From positions 41,955-105,954 of IMG/VR virus record IMGVR_UViG_3300032007_000049: a stretch of 64,000 nt of DNA; one strand, 5' to 3'. The first letter of the stretch is position 1. The number at the start of each line of letters is the position of its first letter. The stretch comes from a virus. Its lineage: Duplodnaviria; Caudoviricetes. This document shows, piece by piece, positions 31,510-40,711 of the stretch. Position numbers and translations under genes: made by a program. The notes under the pieces are model-generated. The model saw only the letters and a list, made by a program, of their open reading frames with translations. It was not told where the DNA came from and made no database searches.

Positions 31510-31566
31510 ACAAATATTTATTCTCTTAAAACATAATTAACAATCAAAATTATATTTAAAAGCAAT

Positions 31567-31595
31567 AAAAAAGGCTTCCTAATAAGGAAGCCTTT
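31567..31595 (-). terminator. Intrinsic terminator after the major capsid gene
   Basis: AAAGGCTTCCT-aata-AGGAAGCCTTT with T-tract on the minus strand. Confidence 0.85.
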
Positions 31596-31622
31596 AAAAT
31601 TGTTATAATGTTTTGGTTAAGA

Positions 31623-33149
31623 TTAGAAGTAAATCTTATTGCCAGAAGCGGAAACAATAGCCTCACCAAGACCGGTGACAATGACCAAGCTGTAGTAGAG
31701 ATCTGAACCGAAGATATTCGAAACGATACCATAACGGGTCATCACACCAATACGTGGAGCAAAGTCATTAGGACCAATTGTACGCTGTAACATCACAGGG
31801 ATGTATGGGCAGTAGATTATACCGGTATCAAAATACTCTGAACCTTTGAAACCTAACAATGCATAGTCGATCTGTGATAAGTTACCGCTGCCATAAGCAG
31901 GACCACCAAATCCACCACCTTGTACACAAGAACGTGTATCACGGTAAACATTGAAACGGCCACCGAGATTACCAACTTTTGCAACACCAATTGAATTTGT
32001 GTTGACTGAACCCTGAATAGGTGCAAATTGGAACTCAGGAAGAGCTTCTAAGATTGCGCAAACCCTTGGTGTAGCAACAACGAAGTTAGCAGCGCCACGA
32101 CGATTGCGGATAGCAATGTTGTTAGCTTCAATGACTAATTTCTGATAGAAGTCACGATTGCGCTCCATGATCCAGCGAGCGTCAGCAGTAGCAGGAGACC
32201 AGAACGAAACGTTACCAGCATTTAAGGTAACCTGTAACATACGAACGATAACCTCACGGTCGATTTCAGCCTGGATCTCATAGCTCATTGCATTAACGAA
32301 CTCTGTATCGGCTTCAATACCATTCATATTCTTAAGGTCTTGCTCTAATTCTAACGAATAACGAGCAGCTAACCTACGTGTACCAGCTTCGATTGATGTT
32401 TTCTCGAATGTGATATCAACTGTTGGGATGTTGCCAGTGATCTCATAATTTTGTAAGAGAGCAGCAACACCATTATCCTGATCAGCAAATTTAATACCAG
32501 TTCCGCTTAATGTCGGCCCTAAGTTTTCGTTGCCGGATAAACCACCAGTTAAATAATCAGATGATGTACCAGTGAAACGGGTATCTAATAACTGGAAGCC
32601 CATTTCGTTATTATTACCAGTTAACGAACCAGCACCATAACCAAGGTTAATACCTGATAAGGTTGAACCAGCGTTGCCTGACAAAGCTTCGATAGGTCTG
32701 TTTTTACCATCGATGCCGGTACCGAGTGATTCGCTATTATACTTATAACGTAAAGCGAAAGCTAAACCAACTGGGCCGCTCATAGGTTGAACACCAACGA
32801 TTTCGTTAGTGATTAATTCAGGGAATGTACGGCGGATCATTGGGATTAAAATCTTTGGAATACGCGCATCACCGGTAGCGTATGCGTCAGTACCAGGAGT
32901 ACCAGCAGGACCCCAACCGCTATTTGTACCGAAAGCTGAACCAAACACCCCACCGCTTCCAGCTGTATTAGCTTCGATGAGGAATTGTTCTTGGTTTTCT
33001 AACAGCATAGCAGTTGCTTGACGTGTATGCTTATCAGTGATAGGTTTTAATGTCTTAGACTCAGCATCTAAGACTCCGCCCCACTTTTCTAATAACATCC
33101 TTGCACGTGAAGGATCTATTAATGAACTAGGATTATGTATTTGTTTCAT
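31623..33149 (-). CDS. gp23: Major capsid protein (T4 gp23-like)
   Basis: LLEKW, LLENQE, IPMIRRTFP..GVQPMSGPVGLAFALR, ELEQDLK, EIQAEIDRE, YCPYIP, TRYG. Confidence 0.97.
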   Translation of the reverse strand: MKQIHNPSSLIDPSRARMLLEKWGGVLDAESKTLKPITDKHTRQATAMLLENQEQFLIEANTAGSGGVFGSAFGTNSGWGPAGTPGTDAYATGDARIPKILIPMIRRTFPELITNEIVGVQPMSGPVGLAFALRYKYNSESLGTGIDGKNRPIEALSGNAGSTLSGINLGYGAGSLTGNNNEMGFQLLDTRFTGTSSDYLTGGLSGNENLGPTLSGTGIKFADQDNGVAALLQNYEITGNIPTVDITFEKTSIEAGTRRLAARYSLELEQDLKNMNGIEADTEFVNAMSYEIQAEIDREVIVRMLQVTLNAGNVSFWSPATADARWIMERNRDFYQKLVIEANNIAIRNRRGAANFVVATPRVCAILEALPEFQFAPIQGSVNTNSIGVAKVGNLGGRFNVYRDTRSCVQGGGFGGPAYGSGNLSQIDYALLGFKGSEYFDTGIIYCPYIPVMLQRTIGPNDFAPRIGVMTRYGIVSNIFGSDLYYSLVIVTGLGEAIVSASGNKIYF

Positions 33150-33168
33150 ATTGTTTATTAAATTTTAA

Positions 33169-34062
33169 TTAGTGACTTGTTAATTCCGCAATATAATCAC
33201 TCATAATTGAAGAACCATTAGAAGGTTTAGTAGGTTGAGCATTTTCAGTGATTATACTTGGTTTGTGATTGAAAGGTATAAAACTCTTTTTCGAAATATT
33301 TTTATTTTTTAATTCTTCTTTGAGTTCTTTTCTCTGTTTATCAATTAATTTCGATGAATAATCAAAACTTTCATTGATTGTTTCAATATCAGCATCTTTA
33401 AAAATCTTTTTTAATGCACTTCTTTTAGATGGATCAACAGAATTTAATTTTTCTGATAATAAAACATCTCTTTTATTGATATTTAATTGATTTTCAAGTT
33501 CTTGTTTTTCAGAAAGCAATTGATCAATTTGTTGTTTAGATTCTTTTATAATTTTGCCTGCTTCTAAAACGCCTTCTTTAATAACTTCATTTTCGGAAGC
33601 ACTATCCAAAGCAAGAAGTTTTTTCATTTCATTAATTAAAGCACCTTGTTTCTTAATAGTCACTGCTTCTGCAATAACATCATTAGGAACGGCTTTATTG
33701 AGATACATTTCTAAGAATATTTTATTAGTTTTAACTAAATTATTCTTAAATTTATTAAATTCTTTAGCATAATGATTTTCATACAACGCCTGTATATTAG
33801 TCAGCTTAGCTGTATGATTTTCGTTAATTGCATCAACAACTTTATTTAATTGTGATACGTGTTTTTCGTCTAATTTGACCATCAATTTTTGCAATTCTTT
33901 CGCATATGCAGCGTCTTGTTCGTTCAATGCGACTTCTGTAGCAATTTTGACTTTAGATTCAACTGCATTTTCGAATAAAGCAACAACTTTATCTAAAGAG
34001 GCATCATCTAACTTGAGGTCTTCAAATATAGTTTTTAATTCAGTTTTTAATTTAGGATCCAT
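33169..34062 (-). CDS. gp22: Prohead core scaffolding protein (T4 gp22-like)
   Basis: VVALFENAVESKV, coiled coil, C-terminal MSDYIAEL; between gp21 and gp23. Confidence 0.85.
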   Translation of the reverse strand: MDPKLKTELKTIFEDLKLDDASLDKVVALFENAVESKVKIATEVALNEQDAAYAKELQKLMVKLDEKHVSQLNKVVDAINENHTAKLTNIQALYENHYAKEFNKFKNNLVKTNKIFLEMYLNKAVPNDVIAEAVTIKKQGALINEMKKLLALDSASENEVIKEGVLEAGKIIKESKQQIDQLLSEKQELENQLNINKRDVLLSEKLNSVDPSKRSALKKIFKDADIETINESFDYSSKLIDKQRKELKEELKNKNISKKSFIPFNHKPSIITENAQPTKPSNGSSIMSDYIAELTSH

Positions 34063-34068
34063 AATAAA

Positions 34069-34221
34069 TTATTTACTCTTTCTAATCGCGGTTATGATGC
34101 GTTTTTTGAGAGATTCGTTGACAACAGTTTTTAATTCTTTGATAGCAGAACTCATTTTATTTTCTGTTATGCATTTTACCATTTTGTATATGGCTTGATC
34201 TTGTTTATCACCGTTTAACAT
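34069..34221 (-). CDS. Small prohead core protein (gp67/gp68-like), not in the supplied ORF track
   Basis: Translated by hand: MLNGDKQDQAIYKMVKCITENKMSSAIKELKTVVNESLKKRIITAIRKSK; own TAAATA 7 nt upstream. Confidence 0.6.
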   Translation of the reverse strand: MLNGDKQDQAIYKMVKCITENKMSSAIKELKTVVNESLKKRIITAIRKSK

Positions 34222-34237
34222 ATGTAAATATTTAGTA

Positions 34238-34906
34238 TTATTTGGTTAACAATTCAAAAAATTTGGAAATTTTTTCTAATTTATATTCCATTGTATTATG
34301 TTTAGGTAAATTACTAAATGATTTATCCAAATAATCGTAAGCTTCCTCAGCTTCAGTGAAATCTAAATTATAAGACTTACTTTCTAATATACCATTAACA
34401 TATGCTTTAGAATAAGAAGGATCAGCAACAGCGTCAATTGCGATTAATCTCATGTTGTGTACTTTATTAATACCATTTTCAGCTTCTTCTAATTGACCTA
34501 AAGACCTTGTTGACATGCCAATTTTGACGCCATCATTAATTAATGAGCGAACAATATTGCCACAGGGATTGTTTAAAACTTTAGATTTACCAAACCAAAC
34601 ATTACCTTCCCTTTTTAATTCAGTAACAAGGTGACATGCTCTTTCCAAATTTAAATCAGCTGAGGGAGGGTGATTCAATTCACCCAAAGCACATTTTTGA
34701 TTAACTTTTTCAACAATGTATCTATTGACTTCTTCTTCCATTTCTCTTGGATCGTATATTCTTTTATTACGATTAACTTCAGAAGCAGCCATGAATGGGC
34801 CAGTTATATATAACGAAGGATTCGCTTTACCAGCAGATTCATCTAATAAGTAATCAAAATCCTTATGATTATCTACACTATCAACTATAAGTTTGTAAAC
34901 TGCCAT
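34238..34906 (-). CDS. gp21: Prohead protease (T4 gp21-like)
   Basis: LYITGPF..NRNKRIY, ALGELNHP, GMSTRSLG, DAVADPS. Confidence 0.95.
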   Translation of the reverse strand: MAVYKLIVDSVDNHKDFDYLLDESAGKANPSLYITGPFMAASEVNRNKRIYDPREMEEEVNRYIVEKVNQKCALGELNHPPSADLNLERACHLVTELKREGNVWFGKSKVLNNPCGNIVRSLINDGVKIGMSTRSLGQLEEAENGINKVHNMRLIAIDAVADPSYSKAYVNGILESKSYNLDFTEAEEAYDYLDKSFSNLPKHNTMEYKLEKISKFFELLTK

Positions 34907-34955
34907 ATTTTTTATTTGATGTAATTATTTATTAGTAAAGCTGTATATATTTCGT

Positions 34956-36017
34956 TTATTGAGTATAATTTTTAATTATTCTATCGAAAACCATTCTAAA
35001 AGGTTTAGTTTCGGTATCTGATACAGCTTTATTTAATTCATCAGTTAAATTAGTAAAATATATTTGAACATCTTTAGGGCTAACATCAATACGTTTATAA
35101 CCAATAGCATCAATAGATGCTTTAAAAAATTCAGCCCATAATTTATACATTTCCGTAAGAACAGCATTTTCTTTAAAAACTGTTCGTCTAGATGCCAAAT
35201 TATTGGCAAAACCATTGAGTATAATATTAAAATTTTCTTTTATTTTATTATCTTTAATACTACGTATCCAATTAGATGTAGCTTTTAAAAAATCACTAAT
35301 AAGGGTATGAACATCGTTACCTTTAGGTGCTGACAATGAATATTCTCCATTTGATAATTTTCTTACGTTTTTTTGATATTGTCTAAAGGTATTAATTGGA
35401 TTTAAATTATTGTCTATCCATACACAATAACAACTATTTGTAGTATCTTCCGCACAAAATGATATATATAATCCATCTATATTTAATTCATTAAATGCCA
35501 GACGTATTTCTTCCTTCTCAGGAGTTGTATATAATTTTCCCCATAATTGATCAAAACTAGGATTAAGAGTTTGATATTCATTATAATGAAGTTGGTTAAC
35601 ATAAGTTACTACCATTTTTAACTCTTCATCATCACCTATAATATCTTTTAATGCGGGATAATATTCTAATAATTCCATTATCATATCATCTTTTACATTT
35701 ATATTAATAATTGATCCGTTTACAATATCTTTTACATAATTTAAAGACATTATATATTGTCTATTTAACCATTTTGCTTTAGCATCTGAATACCCTGTAA
35801 TAGCACTATTAACAGCACCTACAATTTCATCCAAATGACCACGAGAAAATGCATTTGCAATATCTGTCATTGAATTTGAGATATAATTTAATTTATTATA
35901 CGCACGGCCAAGAAAAGAATCGCCTTGCTGCGCTGCTTTAATATTTTGTGCGGTAGGCAAAATACCTTCTGACAACATATATTTGTTAATAACTTTTAAA
36001 AATTTTTTATTTTTCAT
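34956..36017 (-). CDS. Hypothetical protein, probable internal head protein
   Basis: N-terminus MKNKKFLKVINKYMLSE; next to head genes. Confidence 0.55.
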   Translation of the reverse strand: MKNKKFLKVINKYMLSEGILPTAQNIKAAQQGDSFLGRAYNKLNYISNSMTDIANAFSRGHLDEIVGAVNSAITGYSDAKAKWLNRQYIMSLNYVKDIVNGSIININVKDDMIMELLEYYPALKDIIGDDEELKMVVTYVNQLHYNEYQTLNPSFDQLWGKLYTTPEKEEIRLAFNELNIDGLYISFCAEDTTNSCYCVWIDNNLNPINTFRQYQKNVRKLSNGEYSLSAPKGNDVHTLISDFLKATSNWIRSIKDNKIKENFNIILNGFANNLASRRTVFKENAVLTEMYKLWAEFFKASIDAIGYKRIDVSPKDVQIYFTNLTDELNKAVSDTETKPFRMVFDRIIKNYTQ

Positions 36018-36393
36018 TTAATTGAACTTCTTTTTTAAGATAAAAATTACCATATGCAGGATTATATACAATTATAGTTTTAGATCTACCTAATCTTGCT
36101 TGTCCTATTTGTTTTAATTTTTCTAAATTAATATTATATTTTTTAAGAATTTGAGGTACCTCGTTAATATCCAACATATTATATGTATTATCACCGTAAT
36201 TCATACTACGAATTTTTTCAACCGCGGTAAATTGTGACTTTTGAACATACTTGGGTACCATATTTAAGTGTTTGCGATTATAATTCGGATCTGTATCTGT
36301 ATAACCTTTCTCATTTCTATGTTGATGTCCTTTGGATAACAAGCCATAAAATGATAGGGATTCTCTTAAAGGATTATTAAAATCGTAAAACAT
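36007..36393 (-). CDS. Hypothetical late protein
   Basis: Start moved to ATG 36393 (TAAATA 7 nt upstream); MFYDFNNPLRE. Confidence 0.55.
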   Translation of the reverse strand: MFYDFNNPLRESLSFYGLLSKGHQHRNEKGYTDTDPNYNRKHLNMVPKYVQKSQFTAVEKIRSMNYGDNTYNMLDINEVPQILKKYNINLEKLKQIGQARLGRSKTIIVYNPAYGNFYLKKEVQLNEK

Positions 36394-36444
36394 TTGTAAA
36401 TATTTAGTTGCAAAACAATTCAACTCACTGTAATATATAATAAT

Positions 36445-37224
36445 ATGTCAGACATAAGCAACATTTTAAATAAAATCCAAAAAATAAACAATTCAAAAGA
36501 AATCATACTTCCTTCATCAGGAGAAAAAATTTCTTTAAAGCAAATTACTATCAAACAACAAAAAGATATTAAGGATTTACCTAAAAATATCACATTAACA
36601 TTAGTTAATTTAAATAAAGTAATAAACGAAATCATAAGAACTAATGGAAATTTACCTTTAGATAGAATTAGTATTCTTGATCGTCCATTATTGTTATTTG
36701 TTTTAAAATCACAAATATCGGAAACATATGATGGTATAAAAGTATCTGATTTAATTGATAACGCATTAAAAGTTAAATACGATATAGCTCCTTTTACATC
36801 AAAAACAACTAATTTTATTTTTGAAATAAATACCCCAACATTAAAAAGAGACAACGAAATTAACAAATATATTCTAAAAAATTTCGATAGTCAAAGTGTT
36901 TCAGTTCAAGATGAAAATGAATTACAAATTTCAGCAAGTAAAACATATAATAATATGATTACATCTGAAATTTGTAAATTTATCACTGATGTTCGATTAC
37001 TTGAAAAAGAAGAAGAAATTCAAACAAATTGGAATAAATTATCAGTAGATCAACAAATAAGATTATTAGAAGAAATTCCTGCTTCCGAGGTAAAAGATAT
37101 AGTAGATTACATCGAAAAAGTTCGAAATAAGGAAATGGAATGTTTTACTTATAAAGCTACCGATGATAAAGGCAACCAAATCGAAAAAACAATAGAAATA
37201 ACATTCGAATTCTTCAATCTTTAA
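36445..37224 (+). CDS. Baseplate hub subunit/chaperone (T4 gp26-like)
   Basis: IILPSSGEKISLKQITIKQQK, LDR..L..LKSQ, C-terminal FF. Confidence 0.7.
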   Translation: MSDISNILNKIQKINNSKEIILPSSGEKISLKQITIKQQKDIKDLPKNITLTLVNLNKVINEIIRTNGNLPLDRISILDRPLLLFVLKSQISETYDGIKVSDLIDNALKVKYDIAPFTSKTTNFIFEINTPTLKRDNEINKYILKNFDSQSVSVQDENELQISASKTYNNMITSEICKFITDVRLLEKEEEIQTNWNKLSVDQQIRLLEEIPASEVKDIVDYIEKVRNKEMECFTYKATDDKGNQIEKTIEITFEFFNL

Positions 37225-37235
37225 ATACATTTGAT

Positions 37236-37307
37236 AAAAAAGCTGCTTATAAGCAGCTTTTTTTGTATTTGCAAATAAAAAAAGATATACGAAATACGTA
37301 TATCTTT
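37236..37307. terminator. Two tandem terminator hairpins between convergent genes
   Basis: AAAAAAGCTGCTT-at-AAGCAGCTTTTTT and AAAGATATACG-aaata-CGTATATCTTT. Confidence 0.8.
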
Positions 37308-37332
37308 ATTTTTTATCTTTATATAATTTTAA

Positions 37333-37905
37333 TTATTCGATTACGATACCGAACTGCGCGCACTTCACGCGAAGATTATTAACTTCTGTAACTTCTTGTG
37401 ATTTTGCTAACACATAAGTCGACTTAGCAAGTGTAGATTTAGCATCAACCGATGCACCACCAACGACACCATCAGCAATACTTGTAAGTAAGGTATTAAA
37501 CCCTTGCAAACATGTACTATCTCCAATATCAAAATACTTATCATAGATAGCACTATACCACGACAACACAGCATCCATAGATGGGCTAATTAAAGGATAC
37601 CAAAGCTCAGCGTTTTCACCAAGTGCCTGTTTAATATATTCTTTAATTTGAACTGTTGAATAGTCTGAATTGTTAATAGCAATTTTAAGACCATTGCCGG
37701 ATGCAATAAAAATCTTATTTAAATCAGGATTTTTCTTACAAACAGCATATACAACAGCTGATGTAGCCGATTTGAGTGCAGGACTTACAACACTAACAAC
37801 AGTGGTGAAATCTGCGGAATTAAGCCAACCTTTAATTGCGGTGCATCCACATACAGAAAGCATGGCGGTAACACCAACTAATATTGTTTTAATATACTTT
37901 TTCAT
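37333..37905 (-). CDS. Lipoprotein
   Basis: MKKYIKTILVGVTAMLSVCG-C signal with lipobox; helical Ala/Val-rich body. Confidence 0.7.
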   Translation of the reverse strand: MKKYIKTILVGVTAMLSVCGCTAIKGWLNSADFTTVVSVVSPALKSATSAVVYAVCKKNPDLNKIFIASGNGLKIAINNSDYSTVQIKEYIKQALGENAELWYPLISPSMDAVLSWYSAIYDKYFDIGDSTCLQGFNTLLTSIADGVVGGASVDAKSTLAKSTYVLAKSQEVTEVNNLRVKCAQFGIVIE

Positions 37906-37966
37906 ATACTTTTCTTTGAACTTCTTTTAGTTTATATTATTTTTTTATAATTGCAATAGAAAAAAG

Positions 37967-37992
37967 AAAGGTTTGTGTTGTCACAAACCTTT
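37967..37992 (-). terminator. Intrinsic terminator after hsp20
   Basis: AAAGGTTTGTG-ttgt-CACAAACCTTT. Confidence 0.75.
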
Positions 37993-38012
37993 TATAACAT
38001 ACATTATGTTTG

Positions 38013-38474
38013 TTATTCGAGTTCTAACTCGATATATTCCGACTCGGGGTTGCAGTCATCAATAGTAATGGTTAACATACCATTGCCAATAGAAGTTTTT
38101 ACCTTATCGGATTTAATACCCTTTATAAACCATTCAAGACAAACTTTACCTTTTTTAATACCACAGTGAACATACTTTTTATTAGTATTATCAGCTTTAG
38201 CTTCAGGTATCATTTCAACTCGAAGATTATCATTTTTTACACTGACATGAATTTCATTTTTAAAGTATCCTGCAACAGGGATTTGAATAACCTGTTGTTT
38301 TACTTTATCAGTCTTCTCGTCAGTAACGATATAATGATCATATGGGTAAGATGCTACTTTGCTTTCAAAGATGGAAGGCATAAAACCACTCCTATCAAAC
38401 AATGAAAACATTTTGCGAGTTAATGTATCGAACGGAACCAACGGTTCCCCCACGATTGTATCTATTTCATTCAT
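38013..38474 (-). CDS. hsp20: Small heat-shock protein (Hsp20/IbpA-like)
   Basis: YPYD, IPVAGYFKNEIHVSV, YVHCGI, NGMLTITI; start taken at ATG 38474 after AGGA. Confidence 0.85.
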   Translation of the reverse strand: MNEIDTIVGEPLVPFDTLTRKMFSLFDRSGFMPSIFESKVASYPYDHYIVTDEKTDKVKQQVIQIPVAGYFKNEIHVSVKNDNLRVEMIPEAKADNTNKKYVHCGIKKGKVCLEWFIKGIKSDKVKTSIGNGMLTITIDDCNPESEYIELELE

Positions 38475-38547
38475 ATTTTTCCTATAGTTTGAGAAACCCT
38501 TTATTGGCATTTCTCGAAATTATTTATCGCGCGAGTCAAATATATTT

Positions 38548-39162
38548 TTAATTCGTTGTTTTTCTTCTTCTTCTTCTGATTATTTTCGCATTTATTAAAT
38601 CACGTTTATCAAATATATTTTTAATTCGTTGTTTTTCTTCTTCTGTTAATTCCTTTTCAACTTCTTCAAAATTTAAATTATGTTCAAATTTAAAATTATC
38701 CTCAGCGTTTTCAAGTTTTAATAAAAGCATCTGAGTAATCGTTTTATTAAATTTCTTATTTTTTTCATTTATTACTATTTCTTCTTCTGTTAATTTTTCT
38801 TTTTTGGATAAGAAAATTTCCCTATTATACATTGCATCCCGTACACCTTCATTTTTAACCGGGCGTTGCAAAGACATAATAAGTTTAGTAAAATCATCAA
38901 GCCATTCAACGCTATCCCTGCGGCACGAATCATCAAGATCATCAACATAATATTGTCGAAGTGGATGATAATATTTCTTCTTATTAAAAGAGGATACATT
39001 GTAATCAATCAATAAATCAACATGTGGAAAATCTTTTGGATTAATATATCCCTTCGTTAAAGCGTCTTTATAAATATTTTGAAGTGTATCTTCAAAATAG
39101 TGACATTCTCTGGTTCCTAATCGTTGGAACCACCATATTATTTTTTTAATTATTTTTTTCAT
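38548..39162 (-). CDS. Hypothetical protein
   Basis: 204-aa ORF in the early operon downstream of folE2; basic C-terminus. Confidence 0.6.
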   Translation of the reverse strand: MKKIIKKIIWWFQRLGTRECHYFEDTLQNIYKDALTKGYINPKDFPHVDLLIDYNVSSFNKKKYYHPLRQYYVDDLDDSCRRDSVEWLDDFTKLIMSLQRPVKNEGVRDAMYNREIFLSKKEKLTEEEIVINEKNKKFNKTITQMLLLKLENAEDNFKFEHNLNFEEVEKELTEEEKQRIKNIFDKRDLINAKIIRRRRRKTTN

Positions 39163-39174
39163 ATTTATTTTTTT

Positions 39175-39534
39175 TTAATTAATTTTATCATATGTAATAA
39201 TATCCATGCCTATATTAGTATCATCAATATTTAATTGCAATGAAGATTTGGTTTTCTTTCCTATTAATACAGGCAATAAAACCAAACCAACATTTCGAAT
39301 ATCTGTAAATAATACAGGCAACTGCAAATCTTCTTTTATACGTTTAAAATCATTAATTATTTGATTTATTACAATTTTTGTTACTTCTATTAACTGATTA
39401 GTACTTTCACTATTAAAAATATCATTTATTTCTTTGTTTTTAGCTAAATTAAAAATAGTTGATACTCTATCACCATTATAATAATAAAGTATTTTAATTT
39501 TTTTAGGAACTTCAATTATTTTTTGTTTATTCAT
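39175..39534 (-). CDS. Hypothetical protein
   Basis: 119-aa ORF 4 nt behind folE2. Confidence 0.55.
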   Translation of the reverse strand: MNKQKIIEVPKKIKILYYYNGDRVSTIFNLAKNKEINDIFNSESTNQLIEVTKIVINQIINDFKRIKEDLQLPVLFTDIRNVGLVLLPVLIGKKTKSSLQLNIDDTNIGMDIITYDKIN

Positions 39535-39538
39535 TTAT

Positions 39539-40486
39539 TTAAACAATATTCCTTAACATCATCTCAGTTAAAGTTGCGTTAGAAACATCTGGTGTTAAAC
39601 CATTTTCTTTCGTTCCTTTTACAATTACAGAAATTGCATTATGTGAATGTAATGATTCTGCATGTAATGCTACTACTCTGAAATCAATTATTCTTTCATC
39701 TTTTATTAATTCAGCATAAACTAATCTTGCTGCATCTTCAACAAATTTGATATTTGCCCCATTAAGTTCGGCGAACGCTTGTTCGTCAACTCTTTTAACA
39801 ATAACTTGCGTTTCGGTTTTTAATGCATTTCGGCATTTTTCAATTACCTCTTCAATCCAAATAAATTCATCAAATTGTATAGTTACACGCGCAATACTTC
39901 TCTGGGAATGAGGAGTAGCTAATACACCTCTCGTTTCCATCGCATGTAATGATAATTCAGTCGAACAAGGGCAAGTAGATGAATATACAAAATCCAAATG
40001 CATATATTTCTTAAAATTACCAGCATCATCTAATACACCTTCAAGGGTAATATTATAATATTGATAACCTATTCCGCCACTTCTCAAGCTTTCTATCAGC
40101 ATTGGGTATGAGAAATTGATATATATTCTCGCATTAAAACTATCTAATTGTTGTTTATAACTTTTTAAAACTTCACCTAATTTTGTAATAGAGAAAATCT
40201 CATCTTTATATTCATAAAAACTCCTCATGATTCGGCTCATGTTGATACCTTTCTTATTAACCGCTAAAGAAACAGTGCCAGTTACCGAGGTTTCAAGGGT
40301 TATAACACCGTTATCTTTCGTCCTATATTTTAAAGGTAGTTTAAAATTATGAATACCGACATGTTCAATCGCAACATTAGCTCCTTTAATCAAAGATGAA
40401 GGACCATTTTGTAAATCAGGTAATGTTTCGACATATTTATCATCGGTGATTAGATTTTCGTTATATTCTCTTTTTAAGTTTAACAT
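39539..40486 (-). CDS. folE2: GTP cyclohydrolase IB
   Basis: LPDLQN, VGI, KGINMSR, YSSTCPCS, PHSQRS, VKRVDEQAFAELN, FVEDAAR, ESLHSHNA. Confidence 0.93.
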   Translation of the reverse strand: MLNLKREYNENLITDDKYVETLPDLQNGPSSLIKGANVAIEHVGIHNFKLPLKYRTKDNGVITLETSVTGTVSLAVNKKGINMSRIMRSFYEYKDEIFSITKLGEVLKSYKQQLDSFNARIYINFSYPMLIESLRSGGIGYQYYNITLEGVLDDAGNFKKYMHLDFVYSSTCPCSTELSLHAMETRGVLATPHSQRSIARVTIQFDEFIWIEEVIEKCRNALKTETQVIVKRVDEQAFAELNGANIKFVEDAARLVYAELIKDERIIDFRVVALHAESLHSHNAISVIVKGTKENGLTPDVSNATLTEMMLRNIV

Positions 40487-40540
40487 ATGCTTTTATTTTA
40501 AATCAAAATTAACAATTTTCAATACCAAATAAATATTTAC

Positions 40541-40711
40541 ATGGATGAAGAAATTGAACAGTTATCTATTGAAGAATATAGATACATTCAAATTATTATG
40601 ACCGAGGCAGCCAGATTAGGATGTTTTCGTGCTACAGACACCGAAGAAGCAATTAAATTATATAACAAAATTCAAAAAATAATAGAAAAATTGCACAAAA
40701 AGAATAGTTAA
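40541..40711 (+). CDS. Small late protein, not in the supplied ORF track
   Basis: TAAATA-TTTAC-ATG; MDEEIEQLSIEEYRYIQIIMTEAARLGCFRATDTEEAIKLYNKIQKIIEKLHKKNS; stop abuts the convergent stop. Confidence 0.65.
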   Translation: MDEEIEQLSIEEYRYIQIIMTEAARLGCFRATDTEEAIKLYNKIQKIIEKLHKKNS

